Shown piece by piece: positions 38,451-51,766 of a DNA stretch of 64,000 nt. This stretch comes from Fistulifera solaris. Taxonomy: Eukaryota. The stretch is from positions 682,001-746,000 of the forward strand of contig AP026144.1 in the NCBI GenBank assembly GCA_030295235.1, in the 5' to 3' direction. The notes under the pieces are model-generated. The model was not told where the DNA came from and did no database searches. It worked only from the letters and a program-made list of their open reading frames with translations. Both the position numbers and the translations under genes were made by a program. The stretch's first letter is position 1. The number at the start of each line of letters is the position of its first letter.

Positions 38451-40102
38451 CCAAGCCGGACATGTTGACGGAAGAAGAACAACGATTTGGTTCGTTGCTG
38501 CAAGCAGAATTTGAACGCGATGGCATTCATTTACCCGATGATCAACGAGAACAAGTACGACAAATTCAAAATCAATTGACGGAATTGGAAACCTTGTTTA
38601 GTCGGAATTTGGTGACATCGAAACAAGACGTTTGGGCCGATGCGGCCTTGGTGCAAGAGATTATTCCTCGACACGTACTACAGTCGCATTTTGGATTGGG
38701 ACAATTGAAGGGTCCTAACATTCGTTTGTGTCAATCTTCGACGCAAGTCCTGCAGACCTTGCTCAAATATTCGTCTTCACCATCGTTGCGGAAACAAGTG
38801 TATTGGGAGAGTACCACGGCCGTACCCGAGAATATACCCGTACTCGAGTCCTTGATGGAGACGCGACACGCCTTGGCGCAATTGTTGGGCTTCCCCTCGT
38901 ACGCTCATCGCTTTTTACAACATCAAATGGCCGGAAGTCCCGGAGCGGTCCAAAGGTTCTTGTCGCAATTGCAGCAACAACTGTATCCTGCGTATCAAAA
39001 AGATATGCAGTTATTATCAAAACTCAAATCGCAATTGGAAGGCAATGCCCAGATTGAACCATGGGATGTTTCCTTTTACACTGCATTGATCCAAGCCCAA
39101 CAAGGATTCGATATTTCGTCGGAAGTGTCTCAATATCTTTCGCTGGAACAGTGTATTCAGAGTTTGCAATCGTTAGTGCAAACATTGTTTGGGATTGTAA
39201 TGACCGAAGAAGACTTGACAGAATCCGAACAATGGGATGTTGTTACGACAGGTAGTAGTAGTAGTAGAAGTCGCATTCGACGGTTTGCTTTTACAGCGGA
39301 AGATGGTCGTCCGCTGGGTATTTTGTATATGGATTTGCATCCGCGGGAAGGCAAATATACGCATGCGGCTCATTTTACGGTGCGTTGTGGTTGTCAAACC
39401 GACTTCCAAACGGAGGAGTATCAGTTTCCAATCATTGCACTCGTTTGCAACTTGTCTTCGGGAGACGAGCTGTTGTTGTCGCACGGTGAAGTCGAAACCT
39501 TGTTTCACGAATTTGGTCACGGCTTGCATTCTTTACTGAGTCGGACGCGATTTCAACACATGTCCGGGACGCGCGGTGCTATGGATTTTGTTGAAACGCC
39601 CTCGCATTTATTTGAACATTTCGCGTGGCATGCCGATTTGTTTCTACGACCCTACACGGCACACCACACTACTGGTCAGAGTATGCCAGAAGACTTGATT
39701 TTGAAATTACAACAATCGCAATACGCCTTTTCGACCATCGAACGGTACCAACAAGTTTTGTATGCCAAGTTGGATCAACAATTGTTTGGTCCTTGGACGA
39801 GTAAGCAGAAGAACACCACCCGCATCTTTGCCGATTTGCATCACCAAATGGGCATTCCGTACGCGACTGGAACGCATTGGCACAGTCGGTTTGGACATTT
39901 GGTCACGTACGGTGCCGGTTATTACGGTTATTTGTACGCGCAAGTGTTTGCGGGTGATCTGTGGCAACATTTATTGGCTGCTACAACGAAAAATAATTGG
40001 CGACGATCTGGGGACGTATTGTGGCACGGTTTGTTGCAGCACGGCGGAGCCAAAGATCCTGCCGTCATGTTGAACGAAATACTCTCTAATAAACTACTAT
40101 AG
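37979..40102 (+). CDS. MIP: Mitochondrial intermediate peptidase (M3A metallopeptidase)
   Basis: FERDGIHL, DLHPREGKY, AHFTVRC, LFHEFGHGLH, GTRGAMDFVETPS, FGHLVTYGAGYY. Basic presequence. Confidence 0.93.
38417..38449 (+). repeat. (ACA)11 encoding poly-Thr inside the MIP gene
   Basis: Read directly from the sequence. Confidence 0.9.
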
Positions 40103-40285
40103 AGAACAATACCAGGTACGGTAGATAGATGCGCAGTGTACAACAATATGTGTCTCGTTAGAGTACGATTGTTTCGAGAATTCACATATTCTTACGTTCC
40201 TAGAATCATACATCTTACGACGACGTAACCATCCTTCTATTCCTTCGTGGCTATCACCGAGTTTTACCCCCAACGCTCTCTTTCG

Positions 40286-40672
40286 TCACATGTCATCATT
40301 AATCAAAACTACTTTGCCAGTGTCTTGAGCGGTCGTGACATGAGAATATGTTTTGGAGACGCCGGGATGTCGACTTGCTTTGTCACTCTCCTTACGCTTG
40401 CGTTTTTGCGACGACACGACTTTATTATTTGTTGTTGATTGTTTGAGCAAGAAAACATGATCTATCATCGGTACGACGGGTTGGTTCCGAGGAAGAATCG
40501 TCACCGGATTTCTGCGTGGAATCAGTAACACGGGTCTTGGTCGCGTGATCGCTGTAGGAGGAGGAGGAGGAGGAGGAAGTCGAATTTTCTTAGGAGGTAA
40601 GATAACGAACGGTGAATAATACGCCGTGGGTGGATCCTCTGGAAAAGATGGTGTCGTCGTCGTCGTCGTCAT
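40286..40672 (-). CDS. Possible small Pro-rich hypothetical protein
   Basis: 128 aa ATG ORF filling the gap between MIP and PPO. It is low complexity and has no recognised domain. Confidence 0.35.
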   Translation of the reverse strand: MTTTTTTPSFPEDPPTAYYSPFVILPPKKIRLPPPPPPPTAITRPRPVLLIPRRNPVTILPRNQPVVPMIDHVFLLKQSTTNNKVVSSQKRKRKESDKASRHPGVSKTYSHVTTAQDTGKVVLINDDM

Positions 40673-41163
40673 GATCGATGGCTATCTGGCTCGAACCGAG
40701 ATCGAAGAAGAATGACACCATTGTGTCGTCGTCTTGTTGCTTCATGAAAATGTTTATTACCATTTTGTTTCGTTTGTCTCAGGAAGGAAGGACTCCCACG
40801 CCTCCCCCCTTCTTTTTCATCATCATCATCATCATCATCGATTTAAAAGGGAAGGAAAAAAAAGGACTCCCACCCACAATGACGTACCGGTTACCGGTTC
40901 TTGTTTGGAACCGACACTGCCAGTGTTCGCTTGTCCGATGGGTGACAGTTGAAGCAATCACCGGGCCAGTCGTTCGGATCCTACAACCTTACCAGTACAT
41001 GTACTACGTATCATCGTCCGCAATCGTATGTTTCGTTTATGGATGTGTGTGTATGTGTGCCGATGAAGCTCTCGCATTATTCGGAGTGAGTAGAGGTGTT
41101 TGTCTTTGTCTTTGTCTTTGTTGTTGTTGTTCTTATTGTTGTTTCGACACGTTACAAACCACC

Positions 41164-42808
41164 ATGATATCCATCTACGTGTTTCTGAGCTACTACCTGA
41201 CAGTAACGCAAGCCTTTATTACGGTATCACATTCACATACACCGCACACGCGACATCACACTTCGTCGACACTGCGAGCAACGAAATCCGTCGATTGTTT
41301 GGTCGTTGGATCAGGGGTTTCTGGTAGTAGCTTGGCGTTCAATCTCGTCAAGCATCACCATCTCGATAATACCCTTCTCGTTGAAAGCAATCCCGTTGTA
41401 GGAGGCAATCTCATTTCCAAATCGAATGAGCAAGGCTTCGTTTGGGAAGAAGGACCCAATTCGTTTCAACCGACACCGTACATTTGTCGTATCGTACATG
41501 AATTGGGACTTTCCGATCAACTCGTGTTGGCCGATGGTTCCCTGCCGCGGTTTGTTTATTGGCAAGGCGGTGGAGCTGGTGACAAATTGGCCAACTTACA
41601 CGCGTTACCGACGAATTTGCCCGGAGATTTGTTGGATTTCAACCTCTTGACGTGGCCCGGGAAAATCCGGGCGGGGTTGGGTGCCATGGGATTGATTGCT
41701 CCTCCTCCCTCTGACGGAGAAGAATCGATTCGGGATTTTGTGACACGACATTTGGGAGCCGAAACCTTTGAACGAGTCATTGATCCGTTTGTCAGTGGAG
41801 TGTATGCCGGCGATCCCGATCAATTGGCGATGCGGGCCGCTCTCAAAAAAATTCATCGTTTGGAAGGATTGGGGGAGTTTGGACCGGGATTGGTATCGGG
41901 TGCCATTGCCCGATTTCAAGAAATTGCGCAAGAGAAAAAGGACAATCCACCCGATCCGGCGTGGCCGACCTATAAAGGTGGTCAGTTGGGTAGTTTTCAA
42001 AAGGATTGCAGACTTTACCCAATGCGGTCGAACAGTTTTTGGGACAAGATCGTGTTTGGAAGAATACGGCCGTCGAGTCGATTACCAAAAAGGATGGTGT
42101 GTTTGTCGTCACGATGCAACAGAATGGAAAGAAAGTACAAGTCGAAGCCAAATCGGTGTGTGTCACGAGTCCCACGCGTGTCACGGCGAAAATTGCCGCG
42201 GAGTTGATTCCCGCTGCGGCGCGATTGTCGGAAGTCTACAGTCCTCCCGTCGCGTCCGTAACCATTGCTTATCCCAAGGAAGCCTTCAAAGAATTACCGG
42301 GCGGCACACCCGAAAAGCCCCTCCGTGGCTTTGGTCATTTGTTGCCACGTTCCATGAAAGTACGGTCATTGGGAACCATTTGGTCCAGTAGTTTGTTCCC
42401 CAATCGGACACCGCCCGGATGGGAATTGTTGTTGACGTACATTGGGGGAGCCCGAGATACGGCCGTGGGAGATATGACCGAAGACGAAATTTATCAGCAA
42501 GTCGAAGCCGATGTGCAACAAATTTTGCTCAAACCCAATTATCAGGGACCTATCCAACGCATTGGATGTCGGGTTTGGAAGACAGCAATTCCGCAATACC
42601 GCAAGGGTCATTTGGAGATTTTGGAAGCGTTGGAGAAAGATGAAGCCCAATGTCCTGGCTTGTACTTGGGTGGTAATTATCGTACTGGTGTCGCCTTTGG
42701 GGATTGCATTCAATTTGGTTGGACGGAGGCCGAGCGTGTGGCACAATTTTGCGATCTTCGTCGGTACAAACGAATGAGACTGACGTCAAGAAGACCGTCA
42801 AGGCGTAA
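41164..42808 (+). CDS. PPO: Protoporphyrinogen IX oxidase (HemY type), plastid-targeted; frameshifts near 41999 and probably 42746
   Basis: VVGSGVSG FAD motif, WEEGPNSFQP, SGVYAGDP, GTIWSSSLFPNR, AIPQY, LGGNYRTGVAFGDC. Presequence ends TQA|FIT. The stop is either TAA 42806-42808 or 42839. Confidence 0.93.
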
Positions 42809-42858
42809 CTTTAAATATATCTCTAGTACTATCTGCTAAAACTCAAAACGCTGATGAT

Positions 42859-43670
42859 TCATGTTCCATTTCGTTGATACGGCCGCAACATGCCATAAAA
42901 TTGCACCGGTTTCTCCGTACCGGTCGGATCTTGTACCAGATGAGCGCCCACCACTTGATAGCCAAACTTTTGATAAAAGGTCTTGTTCTTTTCTTCGCCA
43001 CATTCCAGATACAAATCGCGTTGATGTGCATCGGCCAATTCGTTCATGCGACGCATCATGGCCGAACCGAATCCTTGTCCTTGACAGTTGGGATTGGTTC
43101 CTACCGCCTTGACGTACCAATGAGGATGAGGGGCATATTCTTTGTGACATTGACGCATGAGCGCAAGCATGTGATCGGCGCGGGCTCGTACGGGACGCGC
43201 CAGTTGTTTGTCCTCCAGAGTCTTTTCTTGGGCGATCTTGGGAATTTCTCCTCGGAGAGCCAGTCGGAAAACGAGCAATATATCCATCCAAGCTTCTCGG
43301 AGGTTCTTAAAGCACCCTGTTGGTGAATTTCCACCAAGATACCCGTGGTGCCAATCTGTTGGTCGGCAGTCATTTTATGCAAAATGAAACCGTTCTCTCG
43401 GAAGGCTTGATTTGTCACATAGGACATGATAAACGTATACAGTCCTTCATTGCTGTTGACATACGAAGAGGACTGTTCCGCCAGCTTTTGATTGACCATT
43501 GATCCCACCATCCAAGTTACGTTCGGTTCCCCATCGACTTGGAGAGTCCCACAAAACGATTTGCCCAACGCGTGGCGGACTTCATCGAAAGAAGCGTCAC
43601 ATTTCCAGTCGGCGGAAGGGACAAACTCCTTCTTGGCTTTTTGAAGAGATGATGTAGAAACGAATGGCAT
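42859..43670 (-). CDS. GNAT-family acetyltransferase; frameshift near 43285
   Basis: HWYVKAVGTNPNCQGQGFGS acetyl-CoA loop, LYLEC, FYQKFGY. Confidence 0.82.
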
Positions 43671-44122
43671 GTTTTGTGCCGGTCAGTGTGTTTTTTTGTG
43701 AGAAGAAGAATCATCGTTTTGTGGTAAAGTTTGTGACTTTTTGAAATCTAAATTACTCGCCCTGTGTGAGCGTTCCTGAGAATTCATAAAAATCCGGATT
43801 CTTGATAATGAAATCGAACACGCACAGAATGAAAGTACCGATGCGATTCCAGAATTTTCCAAACTATGGGAATAGATCGTTTTTGAATCAGTTTTTATAC
43901 TATGTACTGAAGTGTTGGTTGAAAGATTGTTACAGCACCTCTCTGTAGCTATAAAATGAGATGAGTACAATTAGACTCACAGTATATATACACTTTCGAA
44001 TTTCCTCGAAATGCAGCCGTGCCGAAACGCACTCAAAATCCGCCATCTTCGATCACAATAATCTCCACCGCCTTTTTCCTTTCATTTCCTATCGATTTTA
44101 TTTTTGACGATTATATCATAGA

Positions 44123-45121
44123 ATGCCTTCTCCTCGGGTCCCATCTCCTCGTCAAAATAGGCTGAAAACAACTAGATTTTTTGGTCCGTCATGGCTGGTC
44201 TGTTTTCTAGGCGGCTGCCTCGTGGGATATTGGCAGGGAAACAGCGTCGATGTGTTGACGTTTAAGTCGTCTTCAACCAACAACAACAACCATCACCACT
44301 ACAACAACCATACTACAATAAATCACAACAATGACGATGGATGGCGACAAATTGATGTCTTTTACGGGAAAGCTCCTACCACCAATCAAACGTGGTTTTC
44401 ACAAGCGGCGCAAGATGAACTCGTCATTGGCTTGTTGCACGGGAAACGCGATGGATATTTCATTGATTTGGCCGCCAATGATGCTTTATTGTTGTCGAAT
44501 ACCTATGCCTTGGAACAACGATACGGATGGTACGTGTGACAACATTTGTCGGCGTTTTCTGTCAAAGTACCTTCCTTCCTTCGCTTCGCTTCCTTCCTGA
44601 CTCATTGTGTCATCGTAAGGCACGGATTGTGCATTGAACCCAATCCAATCTATTGGAAGAATTTATCGTACTATCGTTCGTGTCACACCGTAGCGGCAGT
44701 CGTCGGTGCCGAACGAATGCAACCTGTCTATTTTCGTTACGAGGCGGGTGATCATGGTGGCATTGCCGATGCCGGATTTGACAATGGCAAACGATGGCAA
44801 CGGTCCAGTGAATTGGCCTATACGGTAACCTTGCAAGAAATATTTCAACGCTATCAGGTTCCACACGATATCGATTACTTGTCGTTGGATGTGGAAGGGG
44901 CGGAAACCTTTGTCTTGCAACAGTTTCCTTTATCGGAGTATCGTATCAAAATCATTACGGCGGAACGATTGAAGGGTGACATTCGTGTCTATTTAAAACA
45001 GCATGGCTACGAATTTGTCGAGAAATTGACGAGATGGGGAGAATCATTATGGGTACATTCATCTGTAAAAGAGGAATTGGATTGGTCTGTTTTGACGCGG
45101 CTTCAATTTCCGCGTGGATAA
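44123..45121 (+). CDS. FkbM-family methyltransferase, type II membrane anchored; intron 44530..44619
   Basis: GYFIDLAAND...SNTYALE..GW|HGLCIEPNP, IDYLSLDVEGAE. N-terminal transmembrane segment. Confidence 0.88.
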
Positions 45122-45241
45122 GAAATAGATAGATAGCACCTCTAGTAGAAACGAGAGAATAGTAGTAGTTCTCCAATGATGCAATTTTTTTTCGAAAAAT
45201 AGGCTTGTCTGTGTCGTAGTACAACCAATCGACTCATCATT

Positions 45242-45925
45242 TCATTGTCTCTTACTGATCGCCGACGGGCGCCAGTAATAATCTCCCATGGTCAAGACGG
45301 TCGTCGTTCCGGTCATCCACCACAACGACTGCAACACCGGCTCCAGGGTGACGTCGACGATCCACGGATGAAACAAACATGTCGTGAGAGTCGCAAATTG
45401 CAAGGTCGTGTTCAGTTTCGAAATCAACGTCGGATGAACTTCCATCAAGGGCGCTCCGGCCGGTTGTTGTTGCCATATCCGATACGTGGCACCAATTAAC
45501 ACCAAGTCTTTGCACAACCACAATGTCACGAGAGGAGACGGCAATAGAATCATTGTCGCCGATGGCTGATACCAAATCGAGAGTGCCACTGTATTAATTA
45601 ACAATTTATCCGCCAAGGGATCTAAATACGAACCCAAGACGGTTTTCATATTGTGACGTTTCGCCAGGTAACCATCCCCAAAATCGGAAACCCCCGCGAG
45701 AAAACATCCCCACACGGCGGCTTCGTATTGTTGTGTTAATATGAAATACGACAAAATGGGAGTACACGCAATCCGTGTCATGGAAATGAGATTGGGTGGT
45801 GATTTCCATTCTTGTTTCGAAGAAGAAAACGAGGGATATCGTAAGAGTGCTGGTCGAGAACAGTGACCTTGGTTGCGTAATACGAGGAGTCGTCGACGGT
45901 AAGTTCGCAAAATTTTGTGATGCAT
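45242..45925 (-). CDS. CDP-alcohol phosphatidyltransferase (cardiolipin synthase / PgsA-like), probably mitochondrial
   Basis: PNLISMTR and SDFGDGYLAKR...GSYLDPLADK (DxxDGxxAR...GxxxDxxxD). Basic N-terminus. Confidence 0.88.
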   Translation of the reverse strand: MHHKILRTYRRRLLVLRNQGHCSRPALLRYPSFSSSKQEWKSPPNLISMTRIACTPILSYFILTQQYEAAVWGCFLAGVSDFGDGYLAKRHNMKTVLGSYLDPLADKLLINTVALSIWYQPSATMILLPSPLVTLWLCKDLVLIGATYRIWQQQPAGAPLMEVHPTLISKLNTTLQFATLTTCLFHPWIVDVTLEPVLQSLWWMTGTTTVLTMGDYYWRPSAISKRQ

Positions 45926-46339
45926 CTTTGCGGTAGCTATTAGTTTTCCTACAGAGATCAACTAACTAAAAGAATATAATCAATAAGCAAATAATGGACA
46001 AGGGAGAATTCCTTTGTGAAGCAAATCAATTGCTTTTTGTTATGGTCGATGTTTCATGTTCCTCCTTTTTCGCATCGGTGTCGCACCGAAATAACGGACA
46101 TTCATTCGTGAAAGAAATTTGGACGCGATCGCATGATCGTATGCGACGAAAACACGAAAAACACATTTGAAAGAAAAAAAAAAGAACAAAACGTTTCCGT
46201 CATTTTTCGCTCCCGCCGCCATCTTGCATTCCTTTTCACCTTGGCATTCCTTATCATTCCTAAATACATCCTATTATTATGAATCCTGCGAAACAAGAAC
46301 AACAACAGCAACAACAAGAAGAAAAAAGAAGACGTAGCC

Positions 46340-46921
46340 ATGCTGCCTTCGTTTACACGCGAAGAAGCGACGTTTCTGCGTGTCGCCGCGGCCTTTGTTA
46401 CGATTCATCATCATCATCGTCGCCAGAAAAAACGTCCTCGTTCGGAAGAGCCTGTACTACTGCCATCCCGACCCACTACCATGCCTTCGATGGAACAACA
46501 CATTCAACACATGATGCAATTGTGTCAAACGACTCCCGTCGGGACGCCGCGATGGCACAGTTTAGTGCAACATTTGGCCCAACAATTGCCGAATGCTGAA
46601 ACAGATTGGCAGCCGTCCGACGTGTGGCAACACGAGGCCCTGTGGCACGCCTTGTTGCCATTGAATCCTGCCTACTTTGCCTCCAAGCTCGTACCTCTTC
46701 TACAACCCCACAAGCACTTTTTGTTGCTCCAAGCCGCGTTACTGCAAGCACCCTTGTCGGTGGTCAATGCGACCGTGGACGAATGGTTGAAGGCACCACC
46801 GTTGCTCGATTTGGCTTCGTATTATGTGCAAACGTCCAGTGGGACGGCATTACTGTCAAAGTGGGCACAAGATCATTTGTTGCAGCAGCTGCTGCAGAGA
46901 CTCAAGTTTGAAAACAAATAA
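46340..46921 (+). CDS. Hypothetical protein
   Basis: 193 aa ATG ORF with helical character, converging on the next gene. Confidence 0.5.
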   Translation: MLPSFTREEATFLRVAAAFVTIHHHHRRQKKRPRSEEPVLLPSRPTTMPSMEQHIQHMMQLCQTTPVGTPRWHSLVQHLAQQLPNAETDWQPSDVWQHEALWHALLPLNPAYFASKLVPLLQPHKHFLLLQAALLQAPLSVVNATVDEWLKAPPLLDLASYYVQTSSGTALLSKWAQDHLLQQLLQRLKFENK

Positions 46922-46948
46922 TTATCATTATAATAGTCTTACAGTTTG

Positions 46949-49900
46949 TCAATGTTGCGCTTCCATGTGCGCCATGAGTTCATCGCATACTTTGTGAAGT
47001 TCGTCGTATTCGGATTGCAGCTTCTTTTCTGAGATTCGAGGTGGCTCAGCGCGTTTTGGAGCGAAGTGTTGGTGGCTTCCGCTTCTTCAAATTTGTTTTC
47101 GAATTCTTCCGCTGCTTTGAGCAAACCTTGCATCTCTTTGCGGTAATCGCGAGCCTTTTGAGCAGCTTCTTTCTCAATAGATTCTTTGGCGGCTTTAAGT
47201 TCCATAAGTTCCTTGCTCAGCTCATTGAGTCGAATGTCCTTCTCTTTAGACGCAGTTTCTCCAGTACTCTTGGCTTCTTTCAGCTCGGCTTCCAACCGTT
47301 CCGCATTGCTTTTGACAAGATCGTATTGCTTTTTCAATTTCACATAAAGATCGTTGGCTTGCTTGAATTGCTTCTCCGCTCGTTCGATCACCTTGTTTTC
47401 GGCTGCCTTACAGGCCTTCTCTTTTCTGTCTTCGGTTTCCGCAACAAATTGCTCGTGCTCCTTCTTGAATGTGTCGTACTGTTCTTGAAGCTTTACCAAA
47501 GCCTGTTCAGACTTCTCCAAAGCCTTTTCTGAGTTTTCAAGCTTAATGCTCCAGGTCTTTTCAATCTTCTGGTGCGCCTTGGCTTTCAAATCAATCTCAT
47601 CCAGCTTGAAGGACAATGTTTGGATCTGTGACTCCTTTTCCCGGATGATCTTTTCCTTCATTTCAATATTTTCTTTGTGTTCTGCTTCAACCAAGTCCAG
47701 CTGCGACAACAAGTCATCCAGTTCCCTCGTGTGTCCGTCTTGAATATCTTTCAGGCGGCTCTCAAACACCTCCTTCTGAGCAACTATTTCATTTTGGTGC
47801 TCGTCCTTAGAATTGGCGAGATCCTTTCGAGCCTTTTCCAATTCCTTTTCCAATTCCGCGAGTTCGTTTTCGATCTCGATCTTGGCTTCACGCTCTATCT
47901 TAAGCTTCTCGATCTCGGCGTCCATCATTTCTGTGAGTTTTTTCAATTCCAGCTGATGTTGTTCGAAAGCCTGTGTGGCATCTTCCTCAGCAGCATTCAC
48001 CTTCATCTTCACTAAAAGTGCGTTGCTTCGTTCCGAATCAAGTTGCGATTGCAAGCTTTCAACCTTTTGAAGCAGCTCGTCTCTCTCATATGAGCTCGCT
48101 TCAGATATAGTTTGACGAAGTTCACTCTCAGTTGCCCGGAATTGAAGTGTCTGTTCTTCCAATGTCTTACGAAGCTCCAGTAATTCGGCGTTATTCTTTT
48201 CTCGCAAAGTTTGGATAGCCCTTTCGTGCTCATCAATGATATCCTTTTCCTTCTTTTCGAGATCAGATATCTTTTGAAGAAGGTCTTCTTTTTCTGCACG
48301 TCTCTCAATCCCTCGCTTCGATTAGCTTTCTTTTCAGCCTCAAGTGCCGCAATCTTGTCTAACAGCTCTTTCTTTTCGCTTCCCTCTGCCACTGAAAGAT
48401 TTTCTTTCAATTCGCGCCCCTTCTGAGCATTAGCTTCAACTCGAGACTCATATTGCTTCCTGATGCACATTATTTCTTTCTCATTAGCTGTGCGCAACTC
48501 TTTGAGGGCTCGCTCATGCTCTTCGTTTCGCTTCAAAATTTGCTCCTCAAGAACGACTACTTGTTGGCGTAGGCTTTTCTTTTTCCTTTTCAAGCAACTC
48601 TTCTGAGTTTCTTTTGACACTGGGTGATCTCTTCGTGGGTGTTCCATATGATGTAGCGGGTCGATTTGGAGACTTGACAGGAGTTCGCGCATTGGGGCTT
48701 GGTCTGTATAATCGAGAATTCGGCACGTTTCCAGTGCTCTCACGACGTGTGGGTGTTTTTGTGGACAACTTGCTCATAGTTTCTAGCTCTTGCAAACTGT
48801 CTTCATGGTTTTTCTTTGCAACTCGAAGATCCTCCTGGAGATTTGTGACAGTCAACAAACGTTCTTCTAGTTCCTCCTCCACTTTCTTTTGAGCCAATTT
48901 ACTTTCCTCAAGCTCCTTGCTGATGCGGGAGAATTGCTCTGTGAGAGAAATATTTGCAGCAGTCACTGATTCGCACTCGGATAGCTTCGCTTTTGTCAAT
49001 TTGAGCTCTTTTGCACACGTATTAATTCTGCCTGAATCACAGCGTGTTGCGCTTGAAGCGCCTCCTTCTCTGCAATAGCTGTCTCTAGCTCCTTTTGAGT
49101 GCGCGAAAAGGCGTTTGAAACGGTAGCAAATTGTTCCGCTATTTCTTTTGAGCGCTCTTTCTCATGTCGCAGCTCCTCAAGTGTTGTATCTAGCTTTGCA
49201 GATTGCTCGCGCAATGAATCTGCTTCACCCTTAGAAATTTGATCGAGAGTAGTAAGCTCATTTTCCGTTCTCGCCAATTGACTTTTCGTTTCCGCTAGCT
49301 CTTCCTGCAACTCATGGATCTGGATCATGAAATTTTCAGACGCATCAGCACTCTCTTTCTGCAAAACTTTGAGCTCATCCCGCAACGTGACCAGCTCTTT
49401 CTCACGTTTTGCGCTTTCTCCATTGTTCTCGAGTCGCTCAATCTCAATCTGGCGTGCGTGGGCCATGCGATTTGCCAAGGCCAGTTGGTCCTTTTGCTCG
49501 GCTAGTTTCTTTTTGTGTAACTCTTTGAGTTTTGCAATTTCTTGTTGGTGCTGAAATAACAACTCGTCCTCCTGAAGTTGGAACTGCCGATAAGCGGCTT
49601 TTAGCGCATCTTCCACGGCATACTCGATCTGTGATCGGCTTTCTTTCCAAAGGGATCATTCCATTCTATTTCAGCTTTGGCTAATGCTTCATTGATGTGT
49701 TGGTCTAGCTCCTCTGAAGATATTTTCCGTAGTTCTCGATCACCCTGTCTATCATATGCCTCAAAGTCGTCAGGGAGAAAGGCTGCGTCATCTTCATCGT
49801 CGTTATCATCAACCTCGATAAGGAGGATGCTGTCTTGTCTGCCTTCATCCACGGAAGATCCCTTAGTTGAGACTTCCTTTACCGTTGATAACTCTTCACG

Positions 49901-51117
49901 ACTGGGAATAATGCGAACGAGAGCGGGCGAGGTCCCATAATTCAAGTGAGGTGACAAATGAATAGAAGACTCTGTGATCGTTTGAACCGGGGGCGGAGAG
50001 AGAGAACTGACTCTCGAGATGGAAGACGAACTCACGGAGTCTCCGCTGTCCGTTCCAACAAGACTGATGTGCTTTGGACTGGTCGACGCTTTGTTTACAT
50101 CTTCCAGTTCAGCCCTCTTATGGCTCTTTTCTGTGACCTTCAATGGTGATTTAGAGTTTATATTTTCTGTCGGCCTTGGAATAGGTGACTTAGTTGCCGA
50201 ATTAGTAAATAATGCAGGGATCACGAGTTTGCCTGGTGTAATTGTCTGTTTCTTGGGCGAGGTTCCGCTTCCGGCTGGGGTAGAGGAGCAGGAAACAAAT
50301 CGTTCGAAGACAGATCCTCCCTCTGAAGAAGTTTTCCATTTTTTCTCTTTGCTCTTCAAATCATTTGTGTAATCATCACTCTCCTTTGGATCGTCTTGCG
50401 GTTTGGGAGGCGTCGGCAATTCATTTCCTTTATATGCCAATCCTATTACCTCGTCCAACGACGACTGGATCGCTTGGCGGACTTCATCTTCTGCATACAA
50501 AGTCAAGTTGTCTCTTGCATTTGCGACTGCCTCGGCAAAGCCTCCCCACAGCCAGACTCCATAGGATCGGCGTCTACCTCCGTAGGTGCCTCTGCAGGAA
50601 CTCTATTTTCTCGACGACAAGTAACTCCACATACCGTGTTATTTATTTGAGAACAACTGCTCTCGAGGACATCCTCATCCCGATCGGCACTTTTTTGTGA
50701 ATCATCGCTCCCCGTGGAACCAAAAATTCGATTCAGCAGGTTTGACGACACCTTTTTCTTTTTTAGAGACGAAAATCGCTGTGCTTTACGGCTGAAAGGC
50801 GATACTTTAGATTGATCAGGAGTTGATTCATTTAGTTGCATTTCAGCACTGAGTTCTGCTTTGTATTCCGGTGAAAACATTTTCTTCGTTCGAATGCGGT
50901 CGTTCGTTTTTGTGCCCTCTGCTATCGCCGCTCCAGATGCCTTCAAAAGTGAATTCAAATCGTCCGGAAGAAATTCTTCGTCCTTTTGAACAAAGGTGAA
51001 CAGTTCAGCGCTATCTTCTATCGGGTTTCGGGACTCTCCTTGGTTGTCAAACATTCGTGGGCTTGGATCCTTCGGACGAAACGATGCCATGGGGGATGCA
51101 GCCGGCGGATCAGCCAT
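46949..51117 (-). CDS. Large coiled-coil protein (~1390 aa) with TACC-like C-terminus, broken by several frameshifts
   Basis: Six abutting minus-strand ORFs: Ser/Pro/acidic N-half, then E/K/L heptads. The corrected end reads KKLQSEYDELHKVCDELMAHMEAQH*. Confidence 0.7.
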
Positions 51118-51766
51118 GTTAAACGTTTGTATAGTTGATTGCAATTTATCTGAACACTTAGCCGCTGGACTTTGCGCCGATATAGAAGACTCTTGCGTTG
51201 AGTGCTTCTTACTGGAACGGAGCGTTACAGGTATTGAGAGGATGTCAACAAGTCGGTCAACCTCGCAATGTCACAAGAACGTGATGCTCGTTTATAACAT
51301 TTCTCGGCTTGCTTGCGCTCTTTCGGGCGTGATTCTTGTGTTATTGATCATACGTATTTGAATGACAATCAATTTTATGAATTTAATTATAAAACAAGGT
51401 AGAAAACAAATAACTGCGCAAAGTGTACACTATTTCTTAAACATTACCCGCCCGGCGTAATACTACTTTTCTTAGCCTTGAATAAGCTAGCTTCAGCAAT
51501 TTTTACTTCTAAGGTTGAAGATAAGTGATGGCTAATGAGAGAAAATAAGACGGAATTAATTATTACGGAGTAGTATTATCGATACCTCGCCACATTTCTT
51601 TGTACGCAGTAAGAGAGAACGATTCTGCTTTATAGAAACAAGGCGATGATCAGGAACTTCGTTGTTTCGTTATGAAGGTTTTTATATGTTTTTTTTTAAA
51701 AGTCCTCAGATGAACTAATACTTAAGCGTTACCAAAACGGCGCTGAGCTCAGGTAGTAACCCACAC

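Noticed and set aside
40678..41163. In-frame 160-codon upstream extension of the PPO ORF
   Set aside because: Made of microsatellite-derived runs. A proper signal peptide with A|F cleavage begins at ATG 41164.
2629..42808. Metabolic gene cluster of plastid enzymes (TKL, lipase, GPI, PPO)
   Set aside because: Different pathways, tens of kb apart and interleaved with unrelated genes.
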